Shown here: in pieces, positions 32,134 through 46,855 of the stretch
Numbering within the stretch: the first letter of the stretch is position 1
How the letters are laid out: each line of letters begins with the position of its first letter
The notes under the pieces: model-generated
Database searches by the model: none
Told to the model about the DNA's origin: nothing
The model's input: only the letters and a program-made list of their open reading frames with translations
NCBI RefSeq assembly: GCF_009914755.1
Contig: NC_060929.1
Reading direction: 5' to 3' (one strand)
Length of the DNA: 64,000 bases
Origin: the human T2T-CHM13v2.0 reference genome, Homo sapiens
Program-made: the position numbers and the translations under genes

Positions 32134-32180
<47 letters not shown>
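32134..32180. repeat. (TC)n microsatellite
   Basis: Seen directly. Confidence 0.95.
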
Positions 32181-32854
32181 ATTTTTGGACTTCACTTTTA
32201 AAAGGCACACTGGGATGTGCTAGGAGAGCCAAGCAGCAGAAGCATCAGGCTGATTAAGGATGATGAGAAAGGACAGAATCAGGTCAGTAAGCTCAGGATC
32301 AGAAACATGATAGGCATAATTGTTAAACACCTGACACACTCTTATAATTATTATAGTAGGGTATGGAAAATTCATACAAAACCAGAATGAAATTTTTCTA
32401 ATGGATCTTTAAATAACCTATAGTTCTTCTGATCAGAAAGTAATATATATTTATTTGGAAAAATATCTACAAGAAGAAAACAAAAATCACATAATCCTGC
32501 TACTCTGAGATGATACTGTTAAGACTGTTGTATATTTTGGAATTTCACACCATCATTGAGAGGTAAAAAAAAAAAAAAAAACACTAAGAACTCACATATT
32601 CCTCCTGTAGGCTCTGTCCTTTGAATGCTTGTTCTTTCCTTTGTTTACCTTTACCTGGTCTCAGTGTGAGTAAAATCACTCTTTATAGGGAGGCATGAAA
32701 GCAGGTAAGATGCTGTCTTCATTTGAGTCCAAACCCATTGAGTACAATCCCACTGCCTCACATGGCCTGTGCGTGTAGAAAACCAAGGTGATAATAAATC
32801 CTGCACCCTATAATTTGTAACAGATAACACTACTGAAGTTGGAAGTTTTGGCAG

Positions 32855-35139
32855 TGTATTTGTTCATTTTCACACTGCTGATAAAGATATACTAAAGATA
32901 TAAAGAGGTTTATTGGACTTACAGTTCTGCATGGCTGAGTAGGCCTCACAATCATGGCAGAAGGAAAGGAGGAGCAAGTCGCATCTTACGTGGATGGCGT
33001 CAGGCAAAGAAAAAGCTTGCGCAGAGAAACTCCCATTTTTAAAACTATCTGATCTCATGAGACCCATTTACTATCACGAGAACAGCATGGGGAAGACCCA
33101 CCCCCATGACTCAATCAGCTCCCACCAGGTCCCACTCACAACACATGGGAATTATGGGATCTACAAGATGAGATTTGTGTGGGGACACAGAGCCAAACCA
33201 AGTCATTTCTCCTCTGGTTCCTCCCAAATCTCATGTCCTCATATTTCAAAACCAATAACACCTTTCCAACAGTCCCCCAAAGTCTTAACTCATTTCAGCA
33301 TTAACTCAAAAGTCCAGAGTCCAAAGTCTTATTTGAGACAAGGCAAGTCCCTTCTGCCTATGAGCCTGTAAAATTAAAAGCAAATTAGTTACTTCCTAGA
33401 TACAATGGGGGTATAGACATTGGATCAATACAGCCATTCCAAATGGGAGAAATTCGCCAAAACAAAGGGGCTATAAGCCCCGTGCAAGTCTGAAATATAT
33501 CAGGGCAGTCACATTTTAAAGCTCCAAAATGATCTCCTTTCACTCCATGTCTTATATCCAGGTCATGCTGATGCAAGAGGTGGGTTCTCATGGTCTTGGG
33601 TAGCTCTGTCCCTGTGGCTTTGCAGGGTACAGGCTCCTCCTGGCTGCTTTCATGGGCTGGCATTGAGTGTCTGTGCCTTTTCCAGGCACATGGTGTAAGC
33701 TGTCAGTGTCTACCATTGTGGGGTCTGGAGGACAGTGGACCCCCTCTCACAGCTCCACTAGGCAGTGCCCCAGTAGGAACTCTGTGTGAGAGCTACAACT
33801 CCACCTTTCCCTTCTGCACTGCCCTAGCAGAGGTTCTCCATGAGAGCCCTGGTCCTGCACCAAACTTCTGCCTGGGCATCCAGGAATTTTCATACACCTT
33901 CTGAATTCTAGGCAGAGGTTCCCAAACCTCAATTCTTGACTTCTGTGTACTCGCAGGCGCAACACAATGAGGAAGCTGCCAAGGCTTGAGGCTTGCCCCC
34001 TCTGAAGCCACAGCCTGAGCCCTACGTTGGCCCCTTTCAGCAATGGCTGGAGTGGCTGGGACACAGGACACCAAGTCCCTAGGCTGCACACAGAACAGGG
34101 ACCCTGGGCCTGGCCCATGAAACCACTTTTTCCTCCTAGGCCTCTGGGCCTGTGATGGGAGGGGCCGCCGTGAAGACCTCTGACATACCCTGTGACATTT
34201 TCCCCATTGTCTTAGGGATTAACATTAGGCTCCTCGTTACTTATGCAAATTTCTGTAGACGGCTTGAGTTTCTCCTCAGAAAATAGGACTTTCTTTCCTA
34301 TCACATTGTCAGCCTGCAAATCTTCCAAACTTTTATATTCTGCTTCTGTTATAAAACTGAATGCCTTTATCAGCACCAAAGTCACATCTTGAATGCTTTC
34401 CTGCTTAGAAATTTCTTCTGCCAGATAGCCTAAATAATCCCTCTGAAGTTCAAAGTTCCATAAATCTCTAGGGCAGGAGCAAAATGCTGCCAGTCTCTTT
34501 GCTAAAATATAACAACAGTCACCTTTGCTCCAGTTCCCAACAAGCTCCTCATCTCCATTTGAGACTACCTCGGCCTGGACCATATTCTCCATATTGCTAT
34601 CAGGCTTTTGGTCAGAGCCACTCATCAAGTCTCTAGGAAGTTCCAAACTTTTACATTTTCCTGTCTTTTTCTGAGCTCTCCAAACTGTTCCAACTTCTGC
34701 CTATTACCCAATTCCAAAGTCACTGCCACGTTTTTGGGTATCTTTTCAGCAACACCCCACTCTTGGTACCAATTTACTGTATTAGTTTTTTTCCTCACTG
34801 CTGTTAAATACCTACTTGAGACTGCGCAATTTACAAAAGAAAGAGGTTAATTGGATTTACAGTTCCACATGGCTGGGCAGGCCTCACAATCATGATGGAA
34901 GGCCAGGAGGAGCAGGTCACATCTTACATGGATGGGAGCTGGCAAAGAGAGAGCTTGTGCTCTCTCCCAGTTTTAAAACCATCAGATCTCATGAGACCCA
35001 TTCACCATCATGAGAACAGCACGGGAAAGACCCACCCCCATGATTCAATCATATCCCACCAGGTCCCTCCCAAAACACATGGAAATTATGGGAACTACAA
35101 GATGAGATTTGGGTGCAGACACAGAGACAAACCATATCA
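32855..35139 (-). mobile_element. Full-length THE1 (THE1A/B-type) MaLR retroelement: LTR-internal-LTR
   Basis: LTRs at 32855-33205 and 34778-35139 with TG..CA ends, about 1.57 kb of THE1 internal sequence between them, perfect 5-bp TSD GGCAG (32850-32854, 35140-35144). Confidence 0.96.
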
Positions 35140-36329
35140 GGCAGTTTGTAATTTACCCTGGTTCATTTCTGAGGTTAGACACTGGCAAAACAGAAGATAT
35201 TTATTGGACTGACCTCAATACTGGCTCTGAGTACCAAGCCATGGTTCTTCAGTTCATCTTCTTTTCTTATACTCTGTGGAGACTAGAAAGCTCATGCTAG
35301 GCTGAAATGTTAAATTTGTAATTAATGACATTTAACCTCTTATTCAAATGGAATTCATAGTAACTGAAAAGTACAGGGAATGTTAGAAAAGAAGAAAAAC
35401 TCTCAGTAGACATTCAAACACATTTACTGTGCAAATATATTTGATTTTTAACTCACATTATTCCCAATGCTACAAAAAAGTCTTATTGCTGATTATTTTA
35501 CATTTGATCATTTTTTCCTAACTATAATATAAAACAAACTCCCATGTCAACTAGTATGCCTGCCCTCCATTAACTTACCCAAGATGCTGCTTAATGCATA
35601 AGGAAAATATAAAGCTACTCTGGTGCAGAACAACATCCATTCCCTCAATTCCAGTGGCTTTCTTGAAAATTGGTTCTTTACTCATTGAGTTTTTAATTTA
35701 ATGTCGTATTTCAGTATAAGTAATTCAATCACAGGTTACAAATGTCAAAATATTAGAGTGGTTTATTGAGAAATCACATTCCCACCCTTGACATGCTCCA
35801 GCTTTTTATGCCTATTTATTCCTTACAGGGAATCACACTTTAATTAGCTTATTATGCTCTTTTGTTTGTTGATAGATATAAATACAGTCTCTCTCTCTAT
35901 AATATATGTATATAGACTGTATATGTGTATATAAATTTGTATATGGACTGTCATTATGGATAAACAACTATAAATACAGTATATAGTGAATATATGAAGA
36001 TTTAGGTTAGGCAATTTTTTACAAGGCTATGAATATTCAGTTCACTAACTAAAAGTAGCATACGAAATATATTTTATATAAATTTGCTTTTTCTAGAGAT
36101 CTTTCTATAACAATACAAAGTTTATTCATACTATTTTAGGTCTGCATTAAGAGGATATACCATAGTTTAATCAGTGCCTAACTGGTAGATACTTGGGATT
36201 TTTCTATTCTTTTGTATGACAAGCTATACTACAAAGAATAAATTAGTACATAGGCCATTTTGTTTGTGCAAACCTATATATGTAGAATAAATTTCCAAAA
36301 GTGAGATTACTGAGTTAAGGATAAACATA

Positions 36330-36363
36330 TTAGGTTGGTGCAAAAGTAATTCCACCAATTTAA
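36330..36363. mobile_element. Internally deleted MADE1 (Hsmar1 MITE)
   Basis: TA|TTAGGTTGGTGCAAAAGTAATT-CCACCAATTTAA|TA: intact start of the left TIR, tip of the right TIR, TA on both sides. Confidence 0.8.
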
Positions 36364-36399
36364 TATTTGTAATAAGGTAGGTACTGACAGATTGCCATC

Positions 36400-36955
36400 T
36401 GTGGTAGGCAGAATAACATCCCCTCAAAGATGTCCAGAACCTAATCCTTGGAACCTGTGAATATATTACCTTCCATGGCAAAGGATGCTTTAAACATGTG
36501 ATTACAATTCAGGATTTTGAAATGAGGAAGTCATCTTGGATTATCTGGGCCCAGTCTAATTACATGAGTGCTTTAAAGTGTAAGAAGCCAGAAGAGTTGT
36601 TGAGCGATATGTTTTGAAAAAGATTCAGTCTGCCTTTGCTATCTTTGAAGATGGAAGAAGTAGGTTATGAGCCAAAGAATTCAGGCCGCCTTGGGAGGCT
36701 AGGAATGGCTCTCAGCTGATAGCCACAGCACACAGAATTCTGCCAACAACCTGGATGAGTGAGAAAACAAGGGCATTGTCCTGTAACTTCAAAGAAATGA
36801 ATTCTCCTCTGGAGTCTCCAGTGAGGAAAGCAGCCCTGCCCAGCAAGACCTGTGTTGGACTTTTGATACACAGAACTACAAGATTATAAGTTGGTCTTGT
36901 TTCAAGCCTCTGAAGTTGTGGTCATTTATTACAGCGGCAACAGAAAACAAATACA
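36400..36955 (+). mobile_element. MLT1D-like MaLR solo LTR
   Basis: TGTGGTAGGCAGAATAA..AAAGATGTCC..GGAACCTGTGAATAT..TTATTACAGCGGCAACAGAAAACAAATACA. Confidence 0.88.
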
Positions 36956-37591
36956 CCCTTTCTAGGGACCATTTTGCACTGTCATCACATCAGCAATTGA
37001 CGAGATTGTTCCCCCACATCTTCACAAACAGAATGTGTTGCTAGTCTTTGAGATTTTTGCCAATCTGATGATTGGTGAGAAAGAGTATCTCAGTGCAACT
37101 ATAATTTGCACTATTCTTTTTATGAATGAGATTGAACATCTTAACATTTATATTTATTTGTATTAAAGGAATGTTTGTTCATGTTTGTTGCCCATATTTC
37201 TATTGGATTGTTGATATTTTTTAAATCAAGTTCTAAGAGTTTATTCATGTGATGAAGACCTTATATATGATAGCAGTTGCAACTATTTTTCCTAAATCAT
37301 TTACTTTCTATGTGAATTTAAGGGTGGGTGTTGACCTATTCGTCATTATTTTCTCTAGTTTCTACAAATTTTCATCAGATTGTTGTAGGTCTCTGGATAA
37401 CACAAACTAAAATATCACCAAGAGAACATATTTTTGAGGGAAGAAATAAAAAAGAGGAAAAAAAAAGAAGAGCTGTTAAATAAACTCTTGCTTTCTTTAC
37501 CTTCTCACCTTTAGTCTGAATCATTCTTCTCATGGCTCCTTTCTAAAATCCTGGCCTTAAGTACAGGAGTAGCTTCCAGTTCTAGAGAGAG

Positions 37592-37617
37592 ACAAACAAA
37601 CAAACAAACAAAAAAAA
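37592..37617. repeat. (CAAA)n/poly(A)
   Basis: Seen directly. Confidence 0.8.
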
Positions 37618-38749
37618 CCCTGTACCTTATAATAGCATCGCCGCAGCAAGTAGAGCATTTTGTAGCACATTCTTCAATTAAAACTTTCATTCTTAGACTT
37701 AAAGCTGTCTGAGAACCAAAGCACTAACGCTTGGCATTTCATGTCAGCAGAGGCATGGGTATGATTATTCACAGTGAAATGCTGACAGGCCCTTCTCTTC
37801 AATGACACCAGCTAGCTCAGGTTATAATTACCCTTGTTACATCATCCCTTTCCCTGCTATACACACAGCAAGTGAGCTCTTGCTTGGAAGACAGATTTGT
37901 GTTTATAGCCAAAGAGTTTTTCCTTTCTAATTTAAACCAGGTTTGCTGATAGCTGGGAGGGGGCAAGAAAGAAAAACAGTTATAATTAGAGTATCACAAG
38001 GAGAAACAATAAACACTTAAATGATGAGGAAGTGATCATCATCCAGTCTGAAACAGATCAGGGTTTAAGCCAGGCATTTCTGACAAGGATATCAGGACTA
38101 GGTTCATTAACTGCCCTCGCTGCTTTCAGAATATCTTAAATGTGGCAATTTACATTAAAATGGATTTAGTGACACCATCTTCTCATTACTGTCAGTTTAC
38201 ATTTGGGTTTATAAACTATAATTGTAAATAAAATATGCTTTTCATTACAATGTCTATTTAGTAGAATATGGTAGGAAATTAGAGGCATAATCATGACTTA
38301 AATTATTAATTCAGTGATATTTTTCAGGTGTCATATGTAGATACTCCACTGTGCATAATGAATATGCATGTAGTAGTTGAATTAGGTCTAGATCTCAGTG
38401 CTCTGCCTCCCCTCTGTCCACTCATCTTATTTTGTTTTTGCTTCTTAACTTCTTTGCAATGGTACATGGTAAAAGGAGGTTTCACAAGTAGTCAGCTGCA
38501 ATTATCTATGCCATTATTTTCATTTCATTTCCCCTATTCAGTTTCAAGGGGGCCTCCAATACATAGCACCCCTTTTCTCTGTTCATGTTCTGAATATGCT
38601 GACAAATAAGGATGAACAGATTGATAAATCAAAATATCAGCTTTATCATGGACAGAGTTTAAGTTGGGGGATGTAACTTGGTCTGTGGGCCAAATAGAGC
38701 AGCATTTGGGAGATTCCTGGTCTGTCATAATTATACAGACAAGGCAGAC

Positions 38750-39190
38750 TTCCCCCTCTAATGGCATCCAAAGATATTAGGTCCTGATTCTTGTAACTTG
38801 TGGGTGTGATTAAATACATATTCTTGAAGTGAGGAGATTTTCCTGGTTTATCAAGGTGGACCTTAAATACTTGCAGAAGTGTCCTTATGAGAGAGGCAGG
38901 TGGAGATTAGACAGACAAGAAGTGAAGGCAATGCAAATGCAGAGGCAGAGATTGAAATGATGCAGCCTCACAAACCAAGGAACACAGGCAGCCACCAGAA
39001 GCTGGAATAAGCAAGGAATGAACTTCTTCTCCCTTCTCCTGAGATAGCACAGCCACTGGACACCTTGATCTCCACCCAGTGAAGCTGAATGCAGACTTTG
39101 GACCTCTGGAACAGTGAGAGAATAAATTCCTATTGTTTTAAGCCACTAAATGTGATGCAATTTGTTAAAACAGTCTCAGGAAACTAACAT
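38750..39190 (+). mobile_element. MLT1C/B-like MaLR LTR
   Basis: GTGTCCTTATGAGAGAGGCAG..GGCAGAGATTG..GCCACCAGAAGCTGG..CAGTGAGAGAATAAATTCC..TTTAAGCCAC..GGAAACTAACA. Confidence 0.85.
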
Positions 39191-40109
39191 GCTCCCCAGC
39201 CATCATCCGTGGTAGATAGCCTCAGGAGGTGCTAAGGGTTCAGGCTCTCAAGAGGCAGAAGGGCTGAGAGAGCTGCGCATGCCCAGATCTGGCTTTCAGA
39301 CTCACCTTTCAGGCAGATCACTCCACTTTTTGTGGGACAGAGTGACTAAAGAGCAGGGAGAGCCAAGGATACGTTTAGAGTAAATTCCTCTTCATAGAGA
39401 CTTCTTTTTAAAAAGTTATTATTCATAAGCATCCCTAAATTCTAGCTATTGCAATGTTGAAATAATTTTTAATATTTAAATATTATGGTCATTGTTAATG
39501 CTGGACAAAGGCTGAAGCTGACATTAACTTATACATCAGAGAGCTTTGAAGGCCAATATTGAGATTTTATGTTTGTTTTTTTGTTCAATAACAAAGGTTA
39601 TCCATAAAGTTGAAATTTACTTATCTCTCTGCCTCAAAACCACCTTCTTTGTTGCATGTCCTCAGCAAAGAAGGCAGGGGCAGGGGTTGTTATCTTTTAT
39701 CCTGTTTAAAGAAAGAAGCAAGTTAACTGATACAAACATTATCAAATTCCTTGCTCATCTTCATCCAATAAAATGGTACCATCTACTTGTAAATGTCCAA
39801 GTGTGTAATGTTTTAAACTATTTTCCCTCAATATTGAATAATGGTGAGGAGAAATCACTATATTTATAGATTTGAAATCTCTTCTTATAAAATGTTATAC
39901 CCTCGTCAAAAAACTGACAAACCAGGGAAAGATGTATCAAAAATCTAAGGATGTGTATAACGAAACAATAATATCACTTACAAGCCTTGCTTCAAAGGAG
40001 CATGATTCACATAGCCTAACCATGTGTTCACTATTACAGCCTACTCTTGTATGTGCCCTTCCTACTAATATGTGCCAAATATTATTTTCTGTGACAGGTC
40101 TAAATAAAC

Positions 40110-40205
40110 CACTGTTTATTCAACAAGTATTTATTGAGTACCCACTACATGCAAAATATTATTTAATGAACAAACAGAAACCCTTACCATGCAGAACTTT
40201 ACTTT
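40110..40205 (-). mobile_element. L2 3' end fragment
   Basis: TTTATTCAACAAGTATTTATTGAGTACCCACTACATGC. Confidence 0.6.
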
Positions 40206-40912
40206 GTAGAGATTGGTTTAACCCAATGGGAGCAACATTTTGCCCAACATGGGCACATTTAAGCAATAAACAATGTGTACTCCAGAAGCTTAGATATGAT
40301 GCAGTAATCACACAAGCAATGGAGAATGGTCATTTTTCTTCTTGCAAATGCAAGCTAAGTGTCGGGCAAAATATTTGAGTAGGTCATTCCCTATTACTGA
40401 AGGGAGAATAAAAGGAAGCAGTAATGTACTACTGAATCCTTCATATTAACTCTTTAGCTTTCTATGCAGGTGCTCTAGGCCTAAAAAAAAACTGGCATAG
40501 ACATTCAGAGAAGTTAGACACCAGACTTTAGGAAAATAGAAATATTCTTTCTATTTCCTTTTAGTTTATATTTCATAGACCTCCGTGGGAAAATCTAAGT
40601 TTTTCTTTCTTTTTTGTTTTGTTTTCTAGCGGACAAATACTTGTGTTTTGAAATCTGTTGTCTATGTTATGCATATTTGGTCACTAATTAGTACATATTG
40701 ATATTTCTTACCTTCACAAAAATATTTTAAGTTCCTTCTTGGGGTTTGATAATTATCTTAGTCCTATATATTCTTTAAAGTTAGCACAGTGCTATTGAGT
40801 AGTCATTTAATAAAGTTGTCATGGTTATGGGCATTAAGAAAAAATGAGAATGGCTAGAAAAGAGAGACTGTATATAATAAAGCAAGCATGGTCAGTAGAA
40901 TTTCAGGGGTAA

Positions 40913-41254
<342 letters not shown>

Positions 41255-41799
41255 TGTATTTGTTTTCTAAACCCACATTTCTTCTAAGACCCTCTCCTTT
41301 CACTGTTCACTATAATATCATTAGTAAATTTGCAATGTGAACATCTTTACAAAGAAATGAGTTGGGACAAGTGTTCCTGATTTTTGAGTGCAACCGAAGA
41401 GGAGATAATTTTCTTTAATCAACAGATTATGTCGTGATTCTGAAAGTTAAAAACTCAACTAGCAAAAAAATTCTTAAAGTGTTACTCCCTTGAACGATTA
41501 TCATTACTCTTATACAGACTTTTAATGGCATACTACTATTTGAATAATTTAATTCTCTTTCCTTTCAAATGTATATTTTTGACCTCTTTTCAACTGGATA
41601 CTGCCAGTTTACTCTTTCAAAGTTTGTTTACTTGTAATAAGAAGGAAACTTCCCTTCTGTGGATCACTAAGACATTCTTGGAAGTAAGGTTGATCAGGTA
41701 TATGCAGATATAAAGAGAAAGGCTGTTATTTTTATATGTGAAGACTCTGGCTGGTAAACTCTTTCTTTCTTCCTTCCCAGAATCCAGTTCTTATAAATT

Positions 41800-42395
41800 T
41801 TGAGTGTGTGGTATTTGTTGCTACAATTCTATCCAAAAAGTTGGTTAATGTTTCCTACATAAGAAAAAGGTAGTTAGAAAATAAAAGCCTTTTGTAACTA
41901 AAAATAAGTCTTAAAAAGGATATTTTGCAAGTTACATAAAAATTATAAAATATTATTGAAGAAAATTATAGAAAACCAGAATAAGTGAATTGCTATACCA
42001 TGTTCATGGAGGAGAATATTCAGTTTTGAAAAGATATTAATTCTCCACAAATATACTTATAACTTCCTTTTCTTATTACAAGTTTTCTTTTGTGGAACAG
42101 AAAAAATAGATTTTTCTGAGACTTTATGAAAATGCAAAGACCCCTAAATAGTTACAAAACTCTGAAGAAGACTATCATGGAGGAACTTAGCTTATCATGT
42201 ATCAAAACTTATTATAAAGCAATGGTAATTAAGATATTGTGACATTTGTTCAGGGATAGACAACTAAACCAGTGGAACAGAGAGCCCAGTAATAGCTAAG
42301 TTAATAGGAGAATTTACCGCATAGCAGCTGTAGCGTTGCTAATCAGTGGGAAATAGAGGGACTTTTAAGCAAATGGTATTCAAACAATTCACTGT
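41800..42395 (+). mobile_element. Decayed L1M ORF2 fragment
   Basis: CCATGTTCATGGA..AAAACTTATTATAAAGCAATGGTAATTAAGA..GATAGACAA..CAGTGGAACAGA. Confidence 0.65.
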
Positions 42396-42479
42396 CCATC
42401 TGAAAGAGGGCTAATAATAGTACCCTCAAGTCATGCAGTTGTTATAAGGATTATTTTAGTTTGTGACTTAATTATGAAT

Positions 42480-43100
42480 GTAGGGAAGAATCTTTATATT
42501 TATTTTACTAACCAATAATATTTCTTATGCTATGAAGCCTCTGCTCATATTTCTTGCCATTTTTTAATGGTTTATTTCGCTTTTTCTGAATGTATTATGT
42601 GAACTCTTTGGAAATTAAGAAAATTAACTCCTTATCATAACCATTGCAAGTACTTCTTTTGTATTTGTCACTCAGCTTACAGTAATTGTTTTATTATACA
42701 GTGTTTTAAATTTTTATCTGGTCAGACATTATCAATTCTGGGTTTTATATGCTGTTTGAAACAAAGTATTACCTATTCTATGATTATAAATAAATTTCTG
42801 TCTTTTTTCTTCTTGCTTTTGTGTGGTTCTATTGTTCATCTTTGTATTCTTGGTCTATCTGAAATTCATTTAGTATGAGGAAGAAATGTACTTTGATTTT
42901 CTTTATAAAATTTTGTGATAGTTTTCATACATTTTTTCCAGGTTGGTTATCAATTTATTATCATTTTGCTGAATATACTAACACATGCTCCAAAAATATT
43001 TGGGATTTTGATTGGCTTCATGTTAAAATCATGGAAAAATTCAAAAAGATTAAAACATTTTAATTTATTATTGGAGAGACTCAATCGTCTTGATAACTAA
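42480..43100 (-). mobile_element. Decayed L1M ORF2 fragment, opposite orientation
   Basis: TTGCAAGTACTT..GTCTATCTGAAATTCATTT..TTTGGGATTTTGATTGG antisense ORF2-like sequence. Confidence 0.5.
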
Positions 43101-43819
43101 AGACTATACCTCCAAAAATGAACATCTTATTGCGCTAGTGGGAAATGGTGTTAAGGTTTTCTGAGTTTAGAATAAGGCATTTCTATACCCCAGCTAGTTT
43201 TTAAGAGTTTAACAAAGAATGGCAGTATGGATTTTCAACTAATTTCCCTGACCTAAGTGCTCTTTTTAGTTTGCGGACAAAAGAGCAGGAGGAAACGAGT
43301 CAGGAAGGGAGGAAATGGGTGTGAATCATATATTTGTATATTTGAATTGGTCTTGAATTCCTTTCTACCACTATTTTTTATATAGTTAAAAAAGTCTCAC
43401 AACTTTGCAGAATATTAATCTTATAATTTGCATGCTTGATTATTGTGCATTTACTAATTCACTTTTGTTCTTTATTTTGCTAACCTTCAAATATCCTGAA
43501 ATTTTTTTTCTTCTGGAAGCCAAAGAATTGTTATTGTCATAGGCTAGGTTTTGGGACCATTTTACAAATAATTCTATTTTTGTTCTTCCTGGTTCCAGGG
43601 ACTTGAAAGTATGTTAGTTCTTTCAAAATCTATAACTTTGTTTGTTAGAGTTCAAAATTAAATTTTCACTTATTGATAGAAGTGTAGCATCACTGAGGTT
43701 ATACAACTCAAAGGTAAGTGGCAGAGAGAGGCCATACAGGGTTTTGTTCCTTTCTCTGCTTTATGGCCATGTAGAAAGGGTAAATCACATTTCCTGTTTC
43801 TACTTTCTTATCTCCCACT

Positions 43820-43853
43820 AATTCTGAGGAATTCTGAGGAATTCTGAGGAATG
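43820..43853. repeat. 10-bp tandem repeat (AATTCTGAGG)x3
   Basis: Seen directly. Confidence 0.9.
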
Positions 43854-43859
43854 ATTACA

Positions 43860-44200
43860 CGTTTTCTGAAAGCAGGGATTTTTGTTTGTCTTATTCTCTG
43901 CTACATCCCATTGCCTAACACAAAGAAGGCCCTCTAAAAATATTGCTATATGAATGAATTGTGACTACATCTTTTTGAAATCCTGCTCTTAGGCTTTACT
44001 GACAAAGCTCTTGGCTTTCTTTCTTTTTATTCTCCTGAGGGTCTTCTGTCACCTGTCTCTTAGATGTCAAGTTTCCCCAAGGTAATGTTCTAAGCCTCTC
44101 CTTCCTCTATGTACTATCTCCACATAGTTGCATCCATGTCCCTGGTTTTAATGCTATGTATCATGAATGACTTCTAAATATCTCCAGTCCTGATCTGGAC
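43860..44200 (+). mobile_element. L2 fragments
   Basis: GCAGGGATTTTTGTTTGTCTT..TGAATGAAT (L2 3' end) and CATCCATGTCCCTGGTTTTAA..TCTCCAGTCCTGA. Confidence 0.55.
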
Positions 44201-44317
44201 AAGTATTCCTTCAGGTGAGATTGACAAGCCACCATGATCTGAATCACCTGGAGTATTTGTATTGAAATGCAGATTTCTTCCTCACCCTACTGAGTAAGGA
44301 TACTGAGTAAGAACTAT

Positions 44318-44652
<335 letters not shown>

Positions 44653-44799
44653 CTAGAAGAAGACTCAAGAAGATACGGTCCATAATAGCCAAATGACTGT
44701 TACTGTAGGTATACTGAGGAAGAAGTGATGGTTGTAGGGGAAATGTCACCACAGATTTGGGACAATCTGGGCCTCAAAAGATAAGTAGGAACTGCAAAC

Positions 44800-45449
44800 C
44801 ATTTTCCAAATTCATCCACTTTCCTTCATCTCCAGCAATAACCTCCTAGTTCAAGCCCATTATCACTTTCCAGGTTAACTATGAAAGTAATAGTAATGAT
44901 AATTAGGATTATCTTTATCATCATCAGGAGAACCAGAAGGAAAATGAAAAGAAGGAAGAAGACAAATTACACTGATGCCTAGCATTCATTAAATACTGAA
45001 AATATGTAAGACTCCTCTATGTGCCTCATAACTATCCCACAAGGAAGACAACAGTCTCCCATGTCTTTCTTCTACTATTGCTCCCTGCAATCCAACTTCC
45101 ATGACGTAGCCAGTTTTGAAAATATAAGTCAGACGATACTTCTCAGGGCTGTCTACTACAGGTAGACTAGTCCTTCACAGCTCACTGGGGCACTTAGAAT
45201 AATATCCAACCTTTTTGCTGTGGTTTACACTTCCCTCTCTGATCTCTTTCTCTTTTCTCCATCTTGCTGATACAACTGGCCTTTTGTTCTTCAAGAACAC
45301 GATGTTTGTGGCTGCCTTGGGGCCTCAGCCCTTGGATTCTCTTTCTTCATCTCACCTGCTGGTTTTCCTTTTCCTATTAAGGTTCAACTTAAATTGCTGC
45401 CTCCTCAGCACAGCTTTTCTTCACTTCTCAATCTAAAGTAATCCTCCAG
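44800..45449 (+). mobile_element. L2 fragment (host of the HMGB1 retrocopy; resumes at about 46860-47100)
   Basis: ATCCACTTTCC..AGTTCAAGCCCATTATC..CTGGCCTTTTGTTCTTCAAGAACAC..; after the pseudogene it ends in TTGTTGAATGCATGGATGAA. Confidence 0.6.

Positions 45450-46855
<1,406 letters not shown>

Larger units (their letters stand above)
35680..37320 (-). mobile_element. Old L1ME-like fragment interrupted by MADE1 and MLT1D
   Basis: GATATACCATAGTTTA..GTAGAATAAATTTCCAAAAGTGAGATTACTGAGTTAAGG..TTTTTGCCAATCTGAT..AATTTGCA..GAGATTGAACATC. Confidence 0.65.

Noticed and set aside
32870-35212. Many overlapping 65-144 aa ORFs
   Set aside because: All lie within the THE1 LTRs or internal sequence; decayed MaLR coding remnant.
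39872-40378. 168-aa plus-strand ORF
   Set aside because: Non-ATG start, crosses an L2 fragment, no domain or splice support.
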